Source of the DNA: a virus
Length of the DNA: 64,000 nucleotides
Direction: 5' to 3' (one strand)
IMG/VR virus record: IMGVR_UViG_3300050343_000255
Span: 42,358-106,357 of that record
Part shown: positions 1 through 8,843 of the stretch, one piece after another
Layout: every line of letters starts with the position of its first letter
Numbering within the stretch: position 1 is the stretch's first letter
Made by a program: the position numbers and the translations under genes
The notes under the pieces: model-generated
What the model saw: only the letters and a program-made list of their open reading frames with translations
What the model was told of the DNA's origin: nothing
The model's database searches: none

Positions 1-98
1 GTGTGGCAACGTCCTAAGAATGATCCTCTATTAGAAGATCACATTCTTAATGACTTCTAACTACACTTTAATTAAGTAAATACATATTTTTAAGTTAA

Positions 99-335
99 AT
101 GAAATCCACAGATATCAAGATTGGTCAACGAGTATTTGTTGCGCCACATAATCGAATTGCATTAGTCGTAGGAAAGCCAGAGTATTACACTCCTCGTGCT
201 CGTCTCGTTCGGATCAAGTTTGAAAATAGTACTAGGTTTGAATACAAACTCAACCACCAACTAGACCTACTGCCTACTGAGTACCAATACAAAGCACATG
301 GTGGTAGTCACGTAAAGCCTGCTGGTGATTTTTGA
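99..335 (+). CDS. Small hypothetical protein, possible KOW/SH3-like fold
   Basis: IKIGQRVFV...ALVVG...VRIKF pattern; stop overlaps the next start (TGATG). Confidence 0.5.
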   Translation: MKSTDIKIGQRVFVAPHNRIALVVGKPEYYTPRARLVRIKFENSTRFEYKLNHQLDLLPTEYQYKAHGGSHVKPAGDF

Positions 336-1135
336 TGCCTGAATCACAGCCCAGTAAAAAAGTAGGTGGGCACACTTACGGTCGAAGAAATTTAAACATG
401 TCTAATACCGCAGAAGAGGGAGCTCTCTGTCTCTATAGCGGTCACTCCATAGGCAGGTTTAGCTCTTCTTCTATGCGCTATGACAGTCACCAAGCTTGTG
501 TGCGCTGTGTAGCTGCTGCAAGAGAAGGGCGCATGTCTTTCAATATTGATCGGCTTCTCAAAAAAGAACGTAAGCGTGCACTGAAATTCTGGTCAAAAGT
601 TGATATTGGTCAACCTGATGACTGCTGGGAATGGCTTGGCTATAGGTGCAAAACAAATGGCATGCCTCAATTTCCATGGAGGCGTCCAGGAATTAGTACC
701 AGTACACAGCACCACCCACAAAGAGTTGCTATGTGGTTTACCTGGGGAGACCTTGGCTATACCGGAGTCAAGTCAACGTGTGGGAACAAGTACTGCTGTA
801 ACCCATTTCATCTTATACCCCAAAAGATTGGGGTTTTTGTTGACTGCGATTCCTATCTAGAAAGTTTTGAGTTGGCTTGTGAACTTCACACCTTAAAGCA
901 GCAAATTGCGGAATACAATTTAGAAGAAGCAATGAAAGAACAAGAGAAACTAATTAGTCAACAAGAACTTGAAGACCGATCAAATCTATTGTTCGAACCT
1001 GATTCAAATTTCTCAGACAGGTTCCAAGCTGTTGTGGAAGATATGTTGAGTGGGAGACACCCAAGTCAACAAATCAAAATCCTAATAGTCTTTTTCAAGA
1101 TGACGAGGAAAATACCACAGAAAACTTTTAATTAA
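335..1135 (+). CDS. HNH-endonuclease-like protein with N-terminal Cys motif and acidic C-terminus; catalytic His appears substituted
   Basis: FWSKVD...DDCWEWLG...HPQRVA...STCGNKYCCNPFHL resembles phage HNH_3 proteins (usually H-x-C-D-N-x-x-C-x-N-P-x-H-L). Confidence 0.6.
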   Translation: MPESQPSKKVGGHTYGRRNLNMSNTAEEGALCLYSGHSIGRFSSSSMRYDSHQACVRCVAAAREGRMSFNIDRLLKKERKRALKFWSKVDIGQPDDCWEWLGYRCKTNGMPQFPWRRPGISTSTQHHPQRVAMWFTWGDLGYTGVKSTCGNKYCCNPFHLIPQKIGVFVDCDSYLESFELACELHTLKQQIAEYNLEEAMKEQEKLISQQELEDRSNLLFEPDSNFSDRFQAVVEDMLSGRHPSQQIKILIVFFKMTRKIPQKTFN

Positions 1136-1163
1136 TCTATCCTTAGTAAAGAGTCATAAGAAT

Positions 1164-1586
1164 ATGTCAAGACGAAGCGATCTTATTCAACAACTAATTT
1201 CATCCAAGAAATTTGGTCCTGAAAAGAAACAAGAGCAGGAGTTCCTCATGGCTACTGCAGAGTTGATTCTTTCTGACCTGATTAATATTGCACTTACTGG
1301 TGTTGAAAAAAGGGGAACTGGCTCATTAGTCATCAACCTTATGAATGACTCTACGACGTTCATGTGGCCTGAATCAATTGAGTTTGATTTGAAAACAGCT
1401 GAGCGAGAAGAAGACGAGGATATCGTTGACTTTCTACGTGATCTGCTTGAAGAAATCGAAACCAATGACTGGTCAAAAAATGTATTAATAACATTAATTA
1501 GCGATGCTGGAACAAGAACATTTGCAGTCGAAGCAGGTCGGTGCCAAGAGGGCCTTAGAGCGCTCGCAGAAGAATTTATCGGATAA
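1164..1586 (+). CDS. Hypothetical protein
   Basis: 140-aa ATG ORF in the plus-strand run. Confidence 0.7.
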   Translation: MSRRSDLIQQLISSKKFGPEKKQEQEFLMATAELILSDLINIALTGVEKRGTGSLVINLMNDSTTFMWPESIEFDLKTAEREEDEDIVDFLRDLLEEIETNDWSKNVLITLISDAGTRTFAVEAGRCQEGLRALAEEFIG

Positions 1587-2172
1587 GCTTGCCGCCAAAG
1601 GTCTAAAGCTACCGTTATATCCGACACCTCAGATCATTGATCGAGCTCGTGCTGTCATGGGCAGTATCGACTTTGATCCAACTTCAGATCCTGTTCAACA
1701 GGTTCTTGTTGATGCAACATCCGTACCAAGCATTGAAGTCAATCCTTTGCAGGAGCATTGGCACGGAAACGTATGGGTAGCACCTAAAGGAGCTGTACGT
1801 GATTGCCGGATTTGGCTTAATAAAACACTGAGTGAATATCGCAATGGATATATTAATAGTTTTGTTTTATTCAGCAGTGCTTCAGAATTACTACGGGCTG
1901 CACCTGTTGTATGGGATTATCCAATCTGTATTCCGTTTAAACGGGTAAAGCAACTGCGTGCCACAGCTACTGGCTTTGAGCCAGTTTCTCCTTCTACTTG
2001 GAACCTAATCATATATGGTCCACCAATTAATCAAGCGCTAACTGATATTGACAAAGTCTCTCTGTTTTACGACAGCTTTAGAGACCTTGGTCGTGTCATC
2101 TATAGTGAATATGCAGGAGATGGTTGGAATAAAGATCTTGAGTACTACGAAGAAAACAAAGGTAGTATTTGA
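1504..2172 (+). CDS. Phage Dam-type N6-adenine methyltransferase homologue, degenerate
   Basis: YPTPQIIDRARAVMGSIDFDPTSD and HWHGNVWV match the family; the NPPY motif reads APKG. Confidence 0.6.
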   Translation: MLEQEHLQSKQVGAKRALERSQKNLSDKLAAKGLKLPLYPTPQIIDRARAVMGSIDFDPTSDPVQQVLVDATSVPSIEVNPLQEHWHGNVWVAPKGAVRDCRIWLNKTLSEYRNGYINSFVLFSSASELLRAAPVVWDYPICIPFKRVKQLRATATGFEPVSPSTWNLIIYGPPINQALTDIDKVSLFYDSFRDLGRVIYSEYAGDGWNKDLEYYEENKGSI

Positions 2173-2585
2173 TGTCAAAACATATTGCACCGGACTGTCT
2201 GTTAACTCTTCCTTCTAACGATCGGGTTCATCCTTGTCGTTTGATTTTAAAAGATGGCACACTAATGTGGAAACATGCACTCTTCTATGAAGATAGTCTT
2301 GCATGTATCCCAAAATCCGTTGCACATGAGAGGCACATAATAAAAACTGCTCAGCGCCTAGAGGAACTGAACAGTTGGATATCACAAGGATTAGAGCCTT
2401 GGAACTCTTTAACTATCAAAGGGTGGTATCAGCCTTTCAATCCTGAACTAAGTGAAGGTATATCTGTATGCTTTACACACAGTTCACATGAGCTTGATTT
2501 TACGTTTGAGAATTTATTGCCACACATCCAAGATCATGAGAAGCTTGAACTAAGAAAAAATTATCTATTCTTTCAACGCTGCTGA
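2172..2585 (+). CDS. Hypothetical protein, possibly a degenerate peptidase M15 homologue
   Basis: W..AL...IP...IIKTAQRLEEL...IKGWYQP..N resembles M15_3; the SxHxxGxAxD zinc motif is absent. Confidence 0.4.
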   Translation: MSKHIAPDCLLTLPSNDRVHPCRLILKDGTLMWKHALFYEDSLACIPKSVAHERHIIKTAQRLEELNSWISQGLEPWNSLTIKGWYQPFNPELSEGISVCFTHSSHELDFTFENLLPHIQDHEKLELRKNYLFFQRC

Positions 2586-2592
2586 CAACAAG

Positions 2593-2608
2593 GCCGCATA
2601 TCTGCGGC
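2593..2608. terminator. 16-bp palindrome between convergent genes; possible bidirectional terminator
   Basis: GCCGC-ATATCT-GCGGC, the same geometry as the early-region palindromes. Confidence 0.5.
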
Positions 2609-2609
2609 T

Positions 2610-2927
2610 TTAATAGTTTAACGAATCAATCAACCTAGTAAGATACCATTGTGCTTTTTCAGCATCTTCTTTACTGTTTGACTTATGCCACATACGCAAT
2701 AAATACTTCAAGACTTGCGCTTGCAAAAATCCTTGCTTACAGCTCGGAGCTTTATCAATTGCATCTTCAATTACTTCAATTGCTTCATGGCGTCCTGCCG
2801 TGTAATGAGCAGGGCTATTTACCATGTCAGTTGTAACGGGCTCTGTATATTCCCAAGTACTGAACTTGCTATTACTAAACCCAGAAACATAATCACCGTT
2901 GCTAAAAAAGCTATTCTTTTCGTTCAT
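2610..2927 (-). CDS. DUF3310 family protein (T7 gp1.7 nucleotide-kinase-like)
   Basis: DMVNSPAHYT.G..EAIEVI...KYL.R...K...EDAEKAQWYL. Confidence 0.85.
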   Translation of the reverse strand: MNEKNSFFSNGDYVSGFSNSKFSTWEYTEPVTTDMVNSPAHYTAGRHEAIEVIEDAIDKAPSCKQGFLQAQVLKYLLRMWHKSNSKEDAEKAQWYLTRLIDSLNY

Positions 2928-2991
2928 GAGTTTGTCTCGCGTATTGATTACTCCTTACTTAATATAGGAACTGGAATCATATATTGTGGAT

Positions 2992-3552
2992 ATGCCGAGC
3001 CCTAAAGGTGACCCGACTTACATCAAAAATAAAGAACGATTCTACATGAACGTTGCAAAGGCAATTAGCCAAGCATCAACACATCCAAAATGTCCAGGTG
3101 GATGTATTATTGTTCGTGATAGAGAGATTATTGGAGATGGTAGAAGCATACTGACGGATAGCATGGTTGAAATCGATTGCATTTCATATGCAGTCGCAGC
3201 TGCAGCCAAGGCAGGAACTCCTGCCATTGGTGGTGTGATCTATACAACAAGATATCCATTTTCAACTTCTGTGTTTCAAGCACACATGATGGGTATCAAA
3301 AAGATTGTTCTACTTGCCCATGACTGGGAACCGTATTACAAAGAAGAGTTCAGACGTTCTGCACGTCTAGCTCGTGAATTGAACATTGCTATTGAGCCAA
3401 TGTTTGAAGACGAAGACCCAAGATTTACTAAGAATTCAAATGACAGAGATATTGACGAAACTCTCTTCCCGGAAGCAAACCCGTTTGCGCCAGATGAATA
3501 TGATCCAAACAATGCAACACATACCTTCGATGAAAACACAACTCCTATTTGA
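2992..3552 (+). CDS. dCMP/cytidine deaminase-fold protein lacking zinc ligands
   Basis: YMNVAKAISQAS...GCIIVRD...IYTT.YP...GIKKIV; HAE reads DCI and PCxxC reads PFSTS. Confidence 0.7.
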   Translation: MPSPKGDPTYIKNKERFYMNVAKAISQASTHPKCPGGCIIVRDREIIGDGRSILTDSMVEIDCISYAVAAAAKAGTPAIGGVIYTTRYPFSTSVFQAHMMGIKKIVLLAHDWEPYYKEEFRRSARLARELNIAIEPMFEDEDPRFTKNSNDRDIDETLFPEANPFAPDEYDPNNATHTFDENTTPI

Positions 3553-4054
3553 CCTTGAATCCACAGGCTTACTTCGACGTGGCTCCACAATTCACTGCAT
3601 GGTTATGCGTGATGCTGTTGATAGCAGCACTCATGTCTTTGATCACAAGCCTGAACGTGCATTGATTCAAGGCATCAAACAACTAGAAGATGCAGATGTA
3701 ATCATCGGGCACAACATTATTGGATACGATATCCCATTGCTCAAAGAGCAGTATCCAGACTTTGAACCTAAGGGTCAAGCAATGGATACCCTTGTGCTTA
3801 GTCGTTTGTTCTATCCACACATCATGGATAGAGATCACGAACGTCGTCCACTTGGCATGCCTCAACGTTTGTATGGCAGGCACTCACTGGAAGCGTGGGG
3901 TTACAGGTTGAAGTGCTTCAAAGGTGACTTTGGTAAGCATGATGGCAACTGGGCTGTCTATACACCTGAAATGCTGGATTACTGCATCCAAGACACCGAG
4001 GTCACCCTCAAACTATGGCAACTTATGCAACGGAGAATGAACGACTATGCCTGA
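3530..4054 (+). CDS. Family A DNA polymerase, stand-alone 3'-5' exonuclease subunit
   Basis: ExoI FDLES, ExoII GHNIIGYD, HSLEAWGYRL, ExoIII YCIQD (T7 gp5-like). Confidence 0.9.
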   Translation: MKTQLLFDLESTGLLRRGSTIHCMVMRDAVDSSTHVFDHKPERALIQGIKQLEDADVIIGHNIIGYDIPLLKEQYPDFEPKGQAMDTLVLSRLFYPHIMDRDHERRPLGMPQRLYGRHSLEAWGYRLKCFKGDFGKHDGNWAVYTPEMLDYCIQDTEVTLKLWQLMQRRMNDYA

Positions 4055-4304
4055 TAAAAATGCACCACTAACTTCTGAAGAAATTACAGAAGCAGCAGAT
4101 ATCTTTTTTCCGCTCTTTAATATTGTCGATGAGCGTATGCCTGAAACAGCATCTACAGAAGATACGTTGAAAGTTATGGAAAACATTGCTAAGTTGGCAC
4201 AGAAGGAACGAATTAAAAAACGAGAAGAAGCTGTAAAGCTTAAGTTCGGATTTAATAAAACTACTGATTCAGATGAGGATACTGTCAAAGATGAAAGTGA
4301 TTGA
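4047..4304 (+). CDS. Hypothetical protein between the two polymerase halves
   Basis: 85 aa; overlaps both neighbours. Confidence 0.65.
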   Translation: MPDKNAPLTSEEITEAADIFFPLFNIVDERMPETASTEDTLKVMENIAKLAQKERIKKREEAVKLKFGFNKTTDSDEDTVKDESD

Positions 4305-5598
4305 TTCTGTCAAACTTGAAATGCGTATGGCCAGCATTATGGCCCAACAGGAAGCAAGCGGATTCCGTTTCGATCTAACCGCAGCTGAGCGAGTTCGTGG
4401 TGAGTTTGAACAAGAGATGTCTGATCTACAAGGTCAAATTTCTAAACGTTTTATTTATGTTCCTGGCAAGGTCTACACACCTAAGCGTTCAAATAAAACC
4501 AAGGGTTTTTTCGCTGGTGCTCCGATGACAAAGCTGCTCGACTTCAATGCAACGAGCCGTCAGCATATTGCGTGGGCTCTACAGAACTTCAGCAAAGCCA
4601 GGTTTATCAAGGTTACTGAGACCGGTAAGCCTAAAGTTGATGAAGCAACTCTGTCTGAGCTGCGAGATACCGCACTGCAGCAAGGGAATACCAAGCTGCA
4701 TGAGGAGTGTGAGATGTTTATCCGCCTGCTGACTTTGCAGAAGTGGATGGGACAGTTGTCGGAAGGATCTAACTCATGGTTCAACACCATTGAGGATGAC
4801 GGATGCATCCACCACAGCTGTTCACTGGCAACGATCAGCGGTAGAAATGCGCATCGGGGTCCCAACTTGGGGCAGGTCGTAAGTGCACCATGGGCACGTC
4901 AGCTATTCATTCCACACCCTGGCATGGTCATGGTGGGGGCTGACTTAGAAGGACTCGAACTTCGGGCGCTTGGGCACTACCTAGCCGTCTTCGATGAGGG
5001 CGCTTTTGCTGATGTTGTGGTCAACGGTGACATTCATACGCAGAATGCAGAGCGAGTTGGATGTACCAGATCTGAGGTCAAGTCGCTGGTCTATGGGTTC
5101 ATTTATGGGGCTGGCGATGTGAAGCTGGGTCATATTTTGCATCCCGAACTTAGTGACGCTCAGAAGAAATCTCTTGGCACAGAACTACGACGTAAGTTTC
5201 TTGATGCGATCCCTGGTCTAGAACCCCTGGTTGATGCAGTCAAAGCAAAAGTTCGTAGTGCTGGTCAGCTCAAAGCACTAGATGGTCGTCCAATCTTCTG
5301 CCGAGCAGAACACAGTTCACTCAACTTCCTGCTTCAGTCATGTGGTGCGATTTTGAGTAAGCGGTGGTGTGTCATCGGTCAAGACTTACTTGATCAAGCA
5401 GGGCTTGCCTATGACAACGACTACACCCGTTGTGCCTACGTCCATGATGAAGTTCAACTGTCTGTTGTACCAGCAGAGGTAGACCGTGTCAAAGAGCTCC
5501 TAGTGGCTGCTGCTCCTCAAGCAGGGCGTTACTACAACTTCCGTGTTCCGATTACAGCTGCCGCTGATCACGGAGACAACTGGGCAGCTACCCACTAA
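4291..5598 (+). CDS. polA: Family A DNA polymerase, polymerase subunit (T7-like, Tyr at the E. coli 762-equivalent position)
   Basis: Motif A GADLEGLELR, motif B RSEVKSLVYGFIYG, motif C YVHDE. Confidence 0.95.
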   Translation: MKVIDSVKLEMRMASIMAQQEASGFRFDLTAAERVRGEFEQEMSDLQGQISKRFIYVPGKVYTPKRSNKTKGFFAGAPMTKLLDFNATSRQHIAWALQNFSKARFIKVTETGKPKVDEATLSELRDTALQQGNTKLHEECEMFIRLLTLQKWMGQLSEGSNSWFNTIEDDGCIHHSCSLATISGRNAHRGPNLGQVVSAPWARQLFIPHPGMVMVGADLEGLELRALGHYLAVFDEGAFADVVVNGDIHTQNAERVGCTRSEVKSLVYGFIYGAGDVKLGHILHPELSDAQKKSLGTELRRKFLDAIPGLEPLVDAVKAKVRSAGQLKALDGRPIFCRAEHSSLNFLLQSCGAILSKRWCVIGQDLLDQAGLAYDNDYTRCAYVHDEVQLSVVPAEVDRVKELLVAAAPQAGRYYNFRVPITAAADHGDNWAATH

Positions 5599-5606
5599 TA
5601 AATACC

Positions 5607-5795
5607 ATGGATATATCTACACAACGTTGTATTGTCGCTCAAAACATTTCTAATCTACTGGAATGGACTAAAGGCTCTGTTCGAATTAAACAATTGGTTT
5701 ATAGCGATGGTAAGTCGCACACTGAACTTATATTTGATATGGACTCTGATATGTATGATTTCTTTAAGGATCGAGTTGATGTAATAACATCTTGA
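5607..5795 (+). CDS. Hypothetical protein
   Basis: ATG ORF right after pol. Confidence 0.5.
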   Translation: MDISTQRCIVAQNISNLLEWTKGSVRIKQLVYSDGKSHTELIFDMDSDMYDFFKDRVDVITS

Positions 5796-5812
5796 TTGAT
5801 ACAATAGTCTCT

Positions 5813-5998
5813 ATGGAAGACTTACATATTGCTGTTGAGTTTAATGAGCGTACAGTACGTGCGCTTCATTCTGCTGTGTCTATGACACTAGAGAAATGGA
5901 CAGGGCAAGGAGAAGTAGATCAAGAAGAGCTATTTAAGTTAAAACATTTCTTACAAGGAGCTATATTTGAATTTGATCTAGGTCGTTCGTTAAAATAG
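5813..5998 (+). CDS. Hypothetical protein
   Basis: ORF track; ATG at 5813 is the likely start. Confidence 0.5.
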   Translation: MEDLHIAVEFNERTVRALHSAVSMTLEKWTGQGEVDQEELFKLKHFLQGAIFEFDLGRSLK

Positions 5999-6019
5999 TA
6001 GTATTTCAAAGAGTGTAAT

Positions 6020-6673
6020 ATGGCTGCTCCTTTGCTAAGTATATTTCGTCCGGCAGGACAACGTTTATTAGATAATCTTTCTAATAATACTTTTATTGGA
6101 GGAACAATATTGGCTGCACAAGAAGCTATTCCTGCAGTCTTTGGGACCAAACGCACGGATACAAATATTGATCCAAAGATGACAACAGCTATTATTGAAG
6201 CTAAAAAATTAGCAGAAAAAAGTGGCAGAAAAAATGTAAAGTATGAAGACTACAATAACTCAACTCCCGGAGGATTTGCCGCTGCCAGGACATTTGGTCA
6301 AATTGCAGACAATGAATTCAAACGAGACGACAAAGGAAATATTACTGGAGTAGTTCAACGCTACGATACAAATAAATCACCTACACAAGCTTTGTCTGAA
6401 TTTAATATTTCTAATCCAAGTACTTATTACAAACCTGTTGAAGCATTTCTATCTTCTAATCAAAATAAAGGTGTTACAACCCACGATATCAATTTTTCTT
6501 CACCTGTCACGATTGAATCTAATAAGCCACCCAAACCAGTATCATACAAAGTTCAACAAGGAGATACACTTACTTCTATTGCAAATAGCATGGGTGTAAA
6601 CGTAAGTGAGCTTGCTAAAAGAAACAATATTGCTAATGCAAATTTAATTAATATTGGTCAAACAATTGTCTAA
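6020..6673 (+). CDS. LysM-domain protein
   Basis: C-terminal YKVQQGDTLTSIA...SELAKRNNIANANLINIGQTI. Confidence 0.9.
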   Translation: MAAPLLSIFRPAGQRLLDNLSNNTFIGGTILAAQEAIPAVFGTKRTDTNIDPKMTTAIIEAKKLAEKSGRKNVKYEDYNNSTPGGFAAARTFGQIADNEFKRDDKGNITGVVQRYDTNKSPTQALSEFNISNPSTYYKPVEAFLSSNQNKGVTTHDINFSSPVTIESNKPPKPVSYKVQQGDTLTSIANSMGVNVSELAKRNNIANANLINIGQTIV

Positions 6674-6708
6674 TACGTTATTGCCAATAAACAGCTAGAA
6701 TATAAATA

Positions 6709-6766
6709 CGTTCATCCCCTAACATAAGGGGACGCAAGTACCTCAGGAATGGAGGGAAGGAACGGG
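6709..6766 (+). ncRNA. Glutamine-II riboswitch (Downstream-peptide motif)
   Basis: CGTTCA-stem(TCCCCT/AGGGGA)-CGCAAG-stem(CCTC/GAGG)-GGAACGG directly upstream of a DUF4278 gene, the motif's known context. Confidence 0.8.
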
Positions 6767-6793
6767 AAACTACACCTCACTATGGAGTTTCCA

Positions 6794-6979
6794 ATGACCC
6801 AATTACAAGCTCGTGCTATCGAAAATGCACGTCGTGATTTTAATCGCGCACGCAATGAACTGCGTACCCATCGTCTTTCTGAGACTGCTTACCGTGGAGT
6901 TCCCACTATCACTGAGCGTAAGCAAGCATCTGAAGTCCATGGTAATTTTGTTTATCGCGGACGAACCTACACTAAATAA
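6794..6979 (+). CDS. DUF4278 family small protein
   Basis: Two YRG motifs (AYRGV, VYRGRTY); GGAG ribosome-binding site; riboswitch upstream. Confidence 0.8.
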   Translation: MTQLQARAIENARRDFNRARNELRTHRLSETAYRGVPTITERKQASEVHGNFVYRGRTYTK

Positions 6980-7000
6980 TTACTATCTAATTAAACATTA

Positions 7001-7026
7001 GCCCCCTTAACAGGGGGTCTTTTTTT
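7001..7026 (+). terminator. Intrinsic terminator
   Basis: GCCCCCT-TAAC-AGGGGGT followed by a T run. Confidence 0.85.
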
Positions 7027-7071
7027 GTGTTTTTATATTTATACAATAGATAAAGACTATGTAATAGATAG

Positions 7072-7740
7072 ATGCGTAAAGCGGGTGATCTAATTAATGA
7101 ATTTTTGCGTGAAGGTAAGCTAAAAGATAATCGCTCAGATCCTATTGGGAGTGGCGCTTATGGTGTTGTATATGAATCCGATACACCTGGTAATGTAATG
7201 AAGCAAGGTGTTACTGGTGGATTTGATAATGACTTTGTTCAAGAAGCTAACCTGCAGTCAATAGCAGCTGATATGGGCTTTGCACCACGTGTTGCAGGCG
7301 TTGAGCGCTTTACTGGTGGCATTGGTGATCGAATCGAAATGGAAGATGTACGTAGGAATTTTGAACCTGTCCAAGCTATCCAAGGCTTGTATCCAGCAGA
7401 TCCAATGTTTAATGTACGTTCATCACAACAGATAGGTCAACTAGCACTAAAAGGTGTGCGTTTAGATGATCGCAAAGCAGATAATATGATGCAAAATAAA
7501 ATGACAGGCAGACCAATGCAACTAGACTTTGGTATTGCTGATCGTGTAACAGCAGAAGATCAAGTAATGGCCTTAGCGGATGCTACAGAAGATGGCTTCC
7601 GTGCAGCAGGTATTGGTGATATAGGTGATATTTTTAGAGATACTGTTTATGATTTGATTAATGGTGGTCAAATTGATGAAGCTATGGATATAGCCAAGCA
7701 AGGCTTTAGTCGTTTGCAAAAGATCAAGCAAGTAGCTTAA
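7072..7740 (+). CDS. Protein-kinase-like (Hanks/RIO-type fold) protein
   Basis: GSGAYGVVY, VMK, alphaC Glu (QEAN), DRKADN, DFG. Confidence 0.85.
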   Translation: MRKAGDLINEFLREGKLKDNRSDPIGSGAYGVVYESDTPGNVMKQGVTGGFDNDFVQEANLQSIAADMGFAPRVAGVERFTGGIGDRIEMEDVRRNFEPVQAIQGLYPADPMFNVRSSQQIGQLALKGVRLDDRKADNMMQNKMTGRPMQLDFGIADRVTAEDQVMALADATEDGFRAAGIGDIGDIFRDTVYDLINGGQIDEAMDIAKQGFSRLQKIKQVA

Positions 7741-8048
7741 GCCGTAAATTCTTTGTATAGGTTTTCTTTCACCTGAGTTTCAGGTCGATAAGACTCCGCT
7801 CTTGCTTTGTCGTATGACGCCATTTGATTACGCATTTGTTGCGTAAATAATCCCCCTTTGAAGTCACCAAAACCACCACCAGCAGGTCCTCCATAAGGAA
7901 CTCCCTGCGTTCCTGGTGTTTGCTCAGTTCTGAATGGCTTACGACTTTGATTAAATCTATATGCTGCTGCACGTTGTTTTGCCAATGCAGGTCCACGCCT
8001 GCTTGGAGTGTAAGAATCACCTTGGCGTAAACGTCTTCGATCAACCAC
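7737..8048 (-). CDS. Hypothetical basic protein
   Basis: 103-aa ORF. Confidence 0.55.
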   Translation of the reverse strand: MVDRRRLRQGDSYTPSRRGPALAKQRAAAYRFNQSRKPFRTEQTPGTQGVPYGGPAGGGFGDFKGGLFTQQMRNQMASYDKARAESYRPETQVKENLYKEFTA

Positions 8049-8067
8049 TATAGATTCCTACTAATAC

Positions 8068-8250
8068 TTATCTATTATACTTTGGAAACCCTGGCTTACA
8101 TTCATCTTCAGCTTGAAAGCAAGTAACCCATTCTGCATCTGTACTCAATAGATGATCAGGCATTTGATCTTGAAGCATTGATATAGCAGCAAGATGGTGT
8201 GGATTCTCTGTAAACGCTTTGAAGTATTGCTGAAGCTTTATCTTTCTCAC
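8068..8250 (-). CDS. Small protein resembling the N-terminal domain of the endolysin at 14978
   Basis: YFKAF...HHLAAISML...LL...EWV vs FFKFY...HQQLAVEKL...AL...EWI. Confidence 0.6.
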   Translation of the reverse strand: MRKIKLQQYFKAFTENPHHLAAISMLQDQMPDHLLSTDAEWVTCFQAEDECKPGFPKYNR

Positions 8251-8474
8251 TGAATGCCTACTTGTTGGTTCAATACCTTTACAGCTTTTGCTAGAGGAAC
8301 CATTGTTGCAACAAGCTTTTTAGGAAGTTCAGTCTCACGCTGATCCATTGTCTTTTCTACAAGAGCCATTTGCTCTTGCACTGCGGTAACTTTACTTTCA
8401 ATATTTTTCTGTTTATAGTCAGTAAATTTCATTGCAAGCAGCAATGTCAATACTGGTCCAATAATATATTCCAT
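8247..8474 (-). CDS. Membrane-anchored coiled-coil protein, possibly lysis-related
   Basis: N-terminal hydrophobic segment followed by a coiled coil. Confidence 0.55.
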   Translation of the reverse strand: MEYIIGPVLTLLLAMKFTDYKQKNIESKVTAVQEQMALVEKTMDQRETELPKKLVATMVPLAKAVKVLNQQVGIQ

Positions 8475-8507
8475 TGATATTAATTAACTGAGTAAAGTCT
8501 AGCTCAA

Positions 8508-8843
8508 TTAAACAAATTGTAAGCCATCATCTTCTAGATCATCATCTTCCCAACCTTCATCCATAATATCTGTTGGCATCTCTTCTGAGTTATCAACTGA
8601 TAATTCCAACAAATCACAGAAGGTTTCTTCTGAGATGATTTCAGGTAACCCTGCCTGTTGCTCGTCAATTTTAAAAACAATGCCACTAGCCATTAGTGTT
8701 TGTTGAACTCCATTCTTTTGCTCCATCCGTGACTTAAGCAGGCGCAAGGCCGTTTTTTCCAGAGCAGGTCTGCTCATTCGAGTTACTTCGTATCTTGCTC
8801 GTGTGAGAGCAAACCGTTGTTCGATGGTAAGTTGGTTGTTCAT
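8508..8843 (-). CDS. nblA: NblA-like phycobilisome degradation protein with acidic extension
   Basis: LTIEQRFAL...VTRMSR.AL...LLK..M.QKN matches the NblA pattern LSLEQQF...V..MSREQ. Confidence 0.6.
   Translation of the reverse strand: MNNQLTIEQRFALTRARYEVTRMSRPALEKTALRLLKSRMEQKNGVQQTLMASGIVFKIDEQQAGLPEIISEETFCDLLELSVDNSEEMPTDIMDEGWEDDDLEDDGLQFV

Noticed and set aside
4054-4291. Intron or intein interrupting the polymerase
   Set aside because: No group I/II or intein signatures; the interval is a clean ORF overlapping both neighbours
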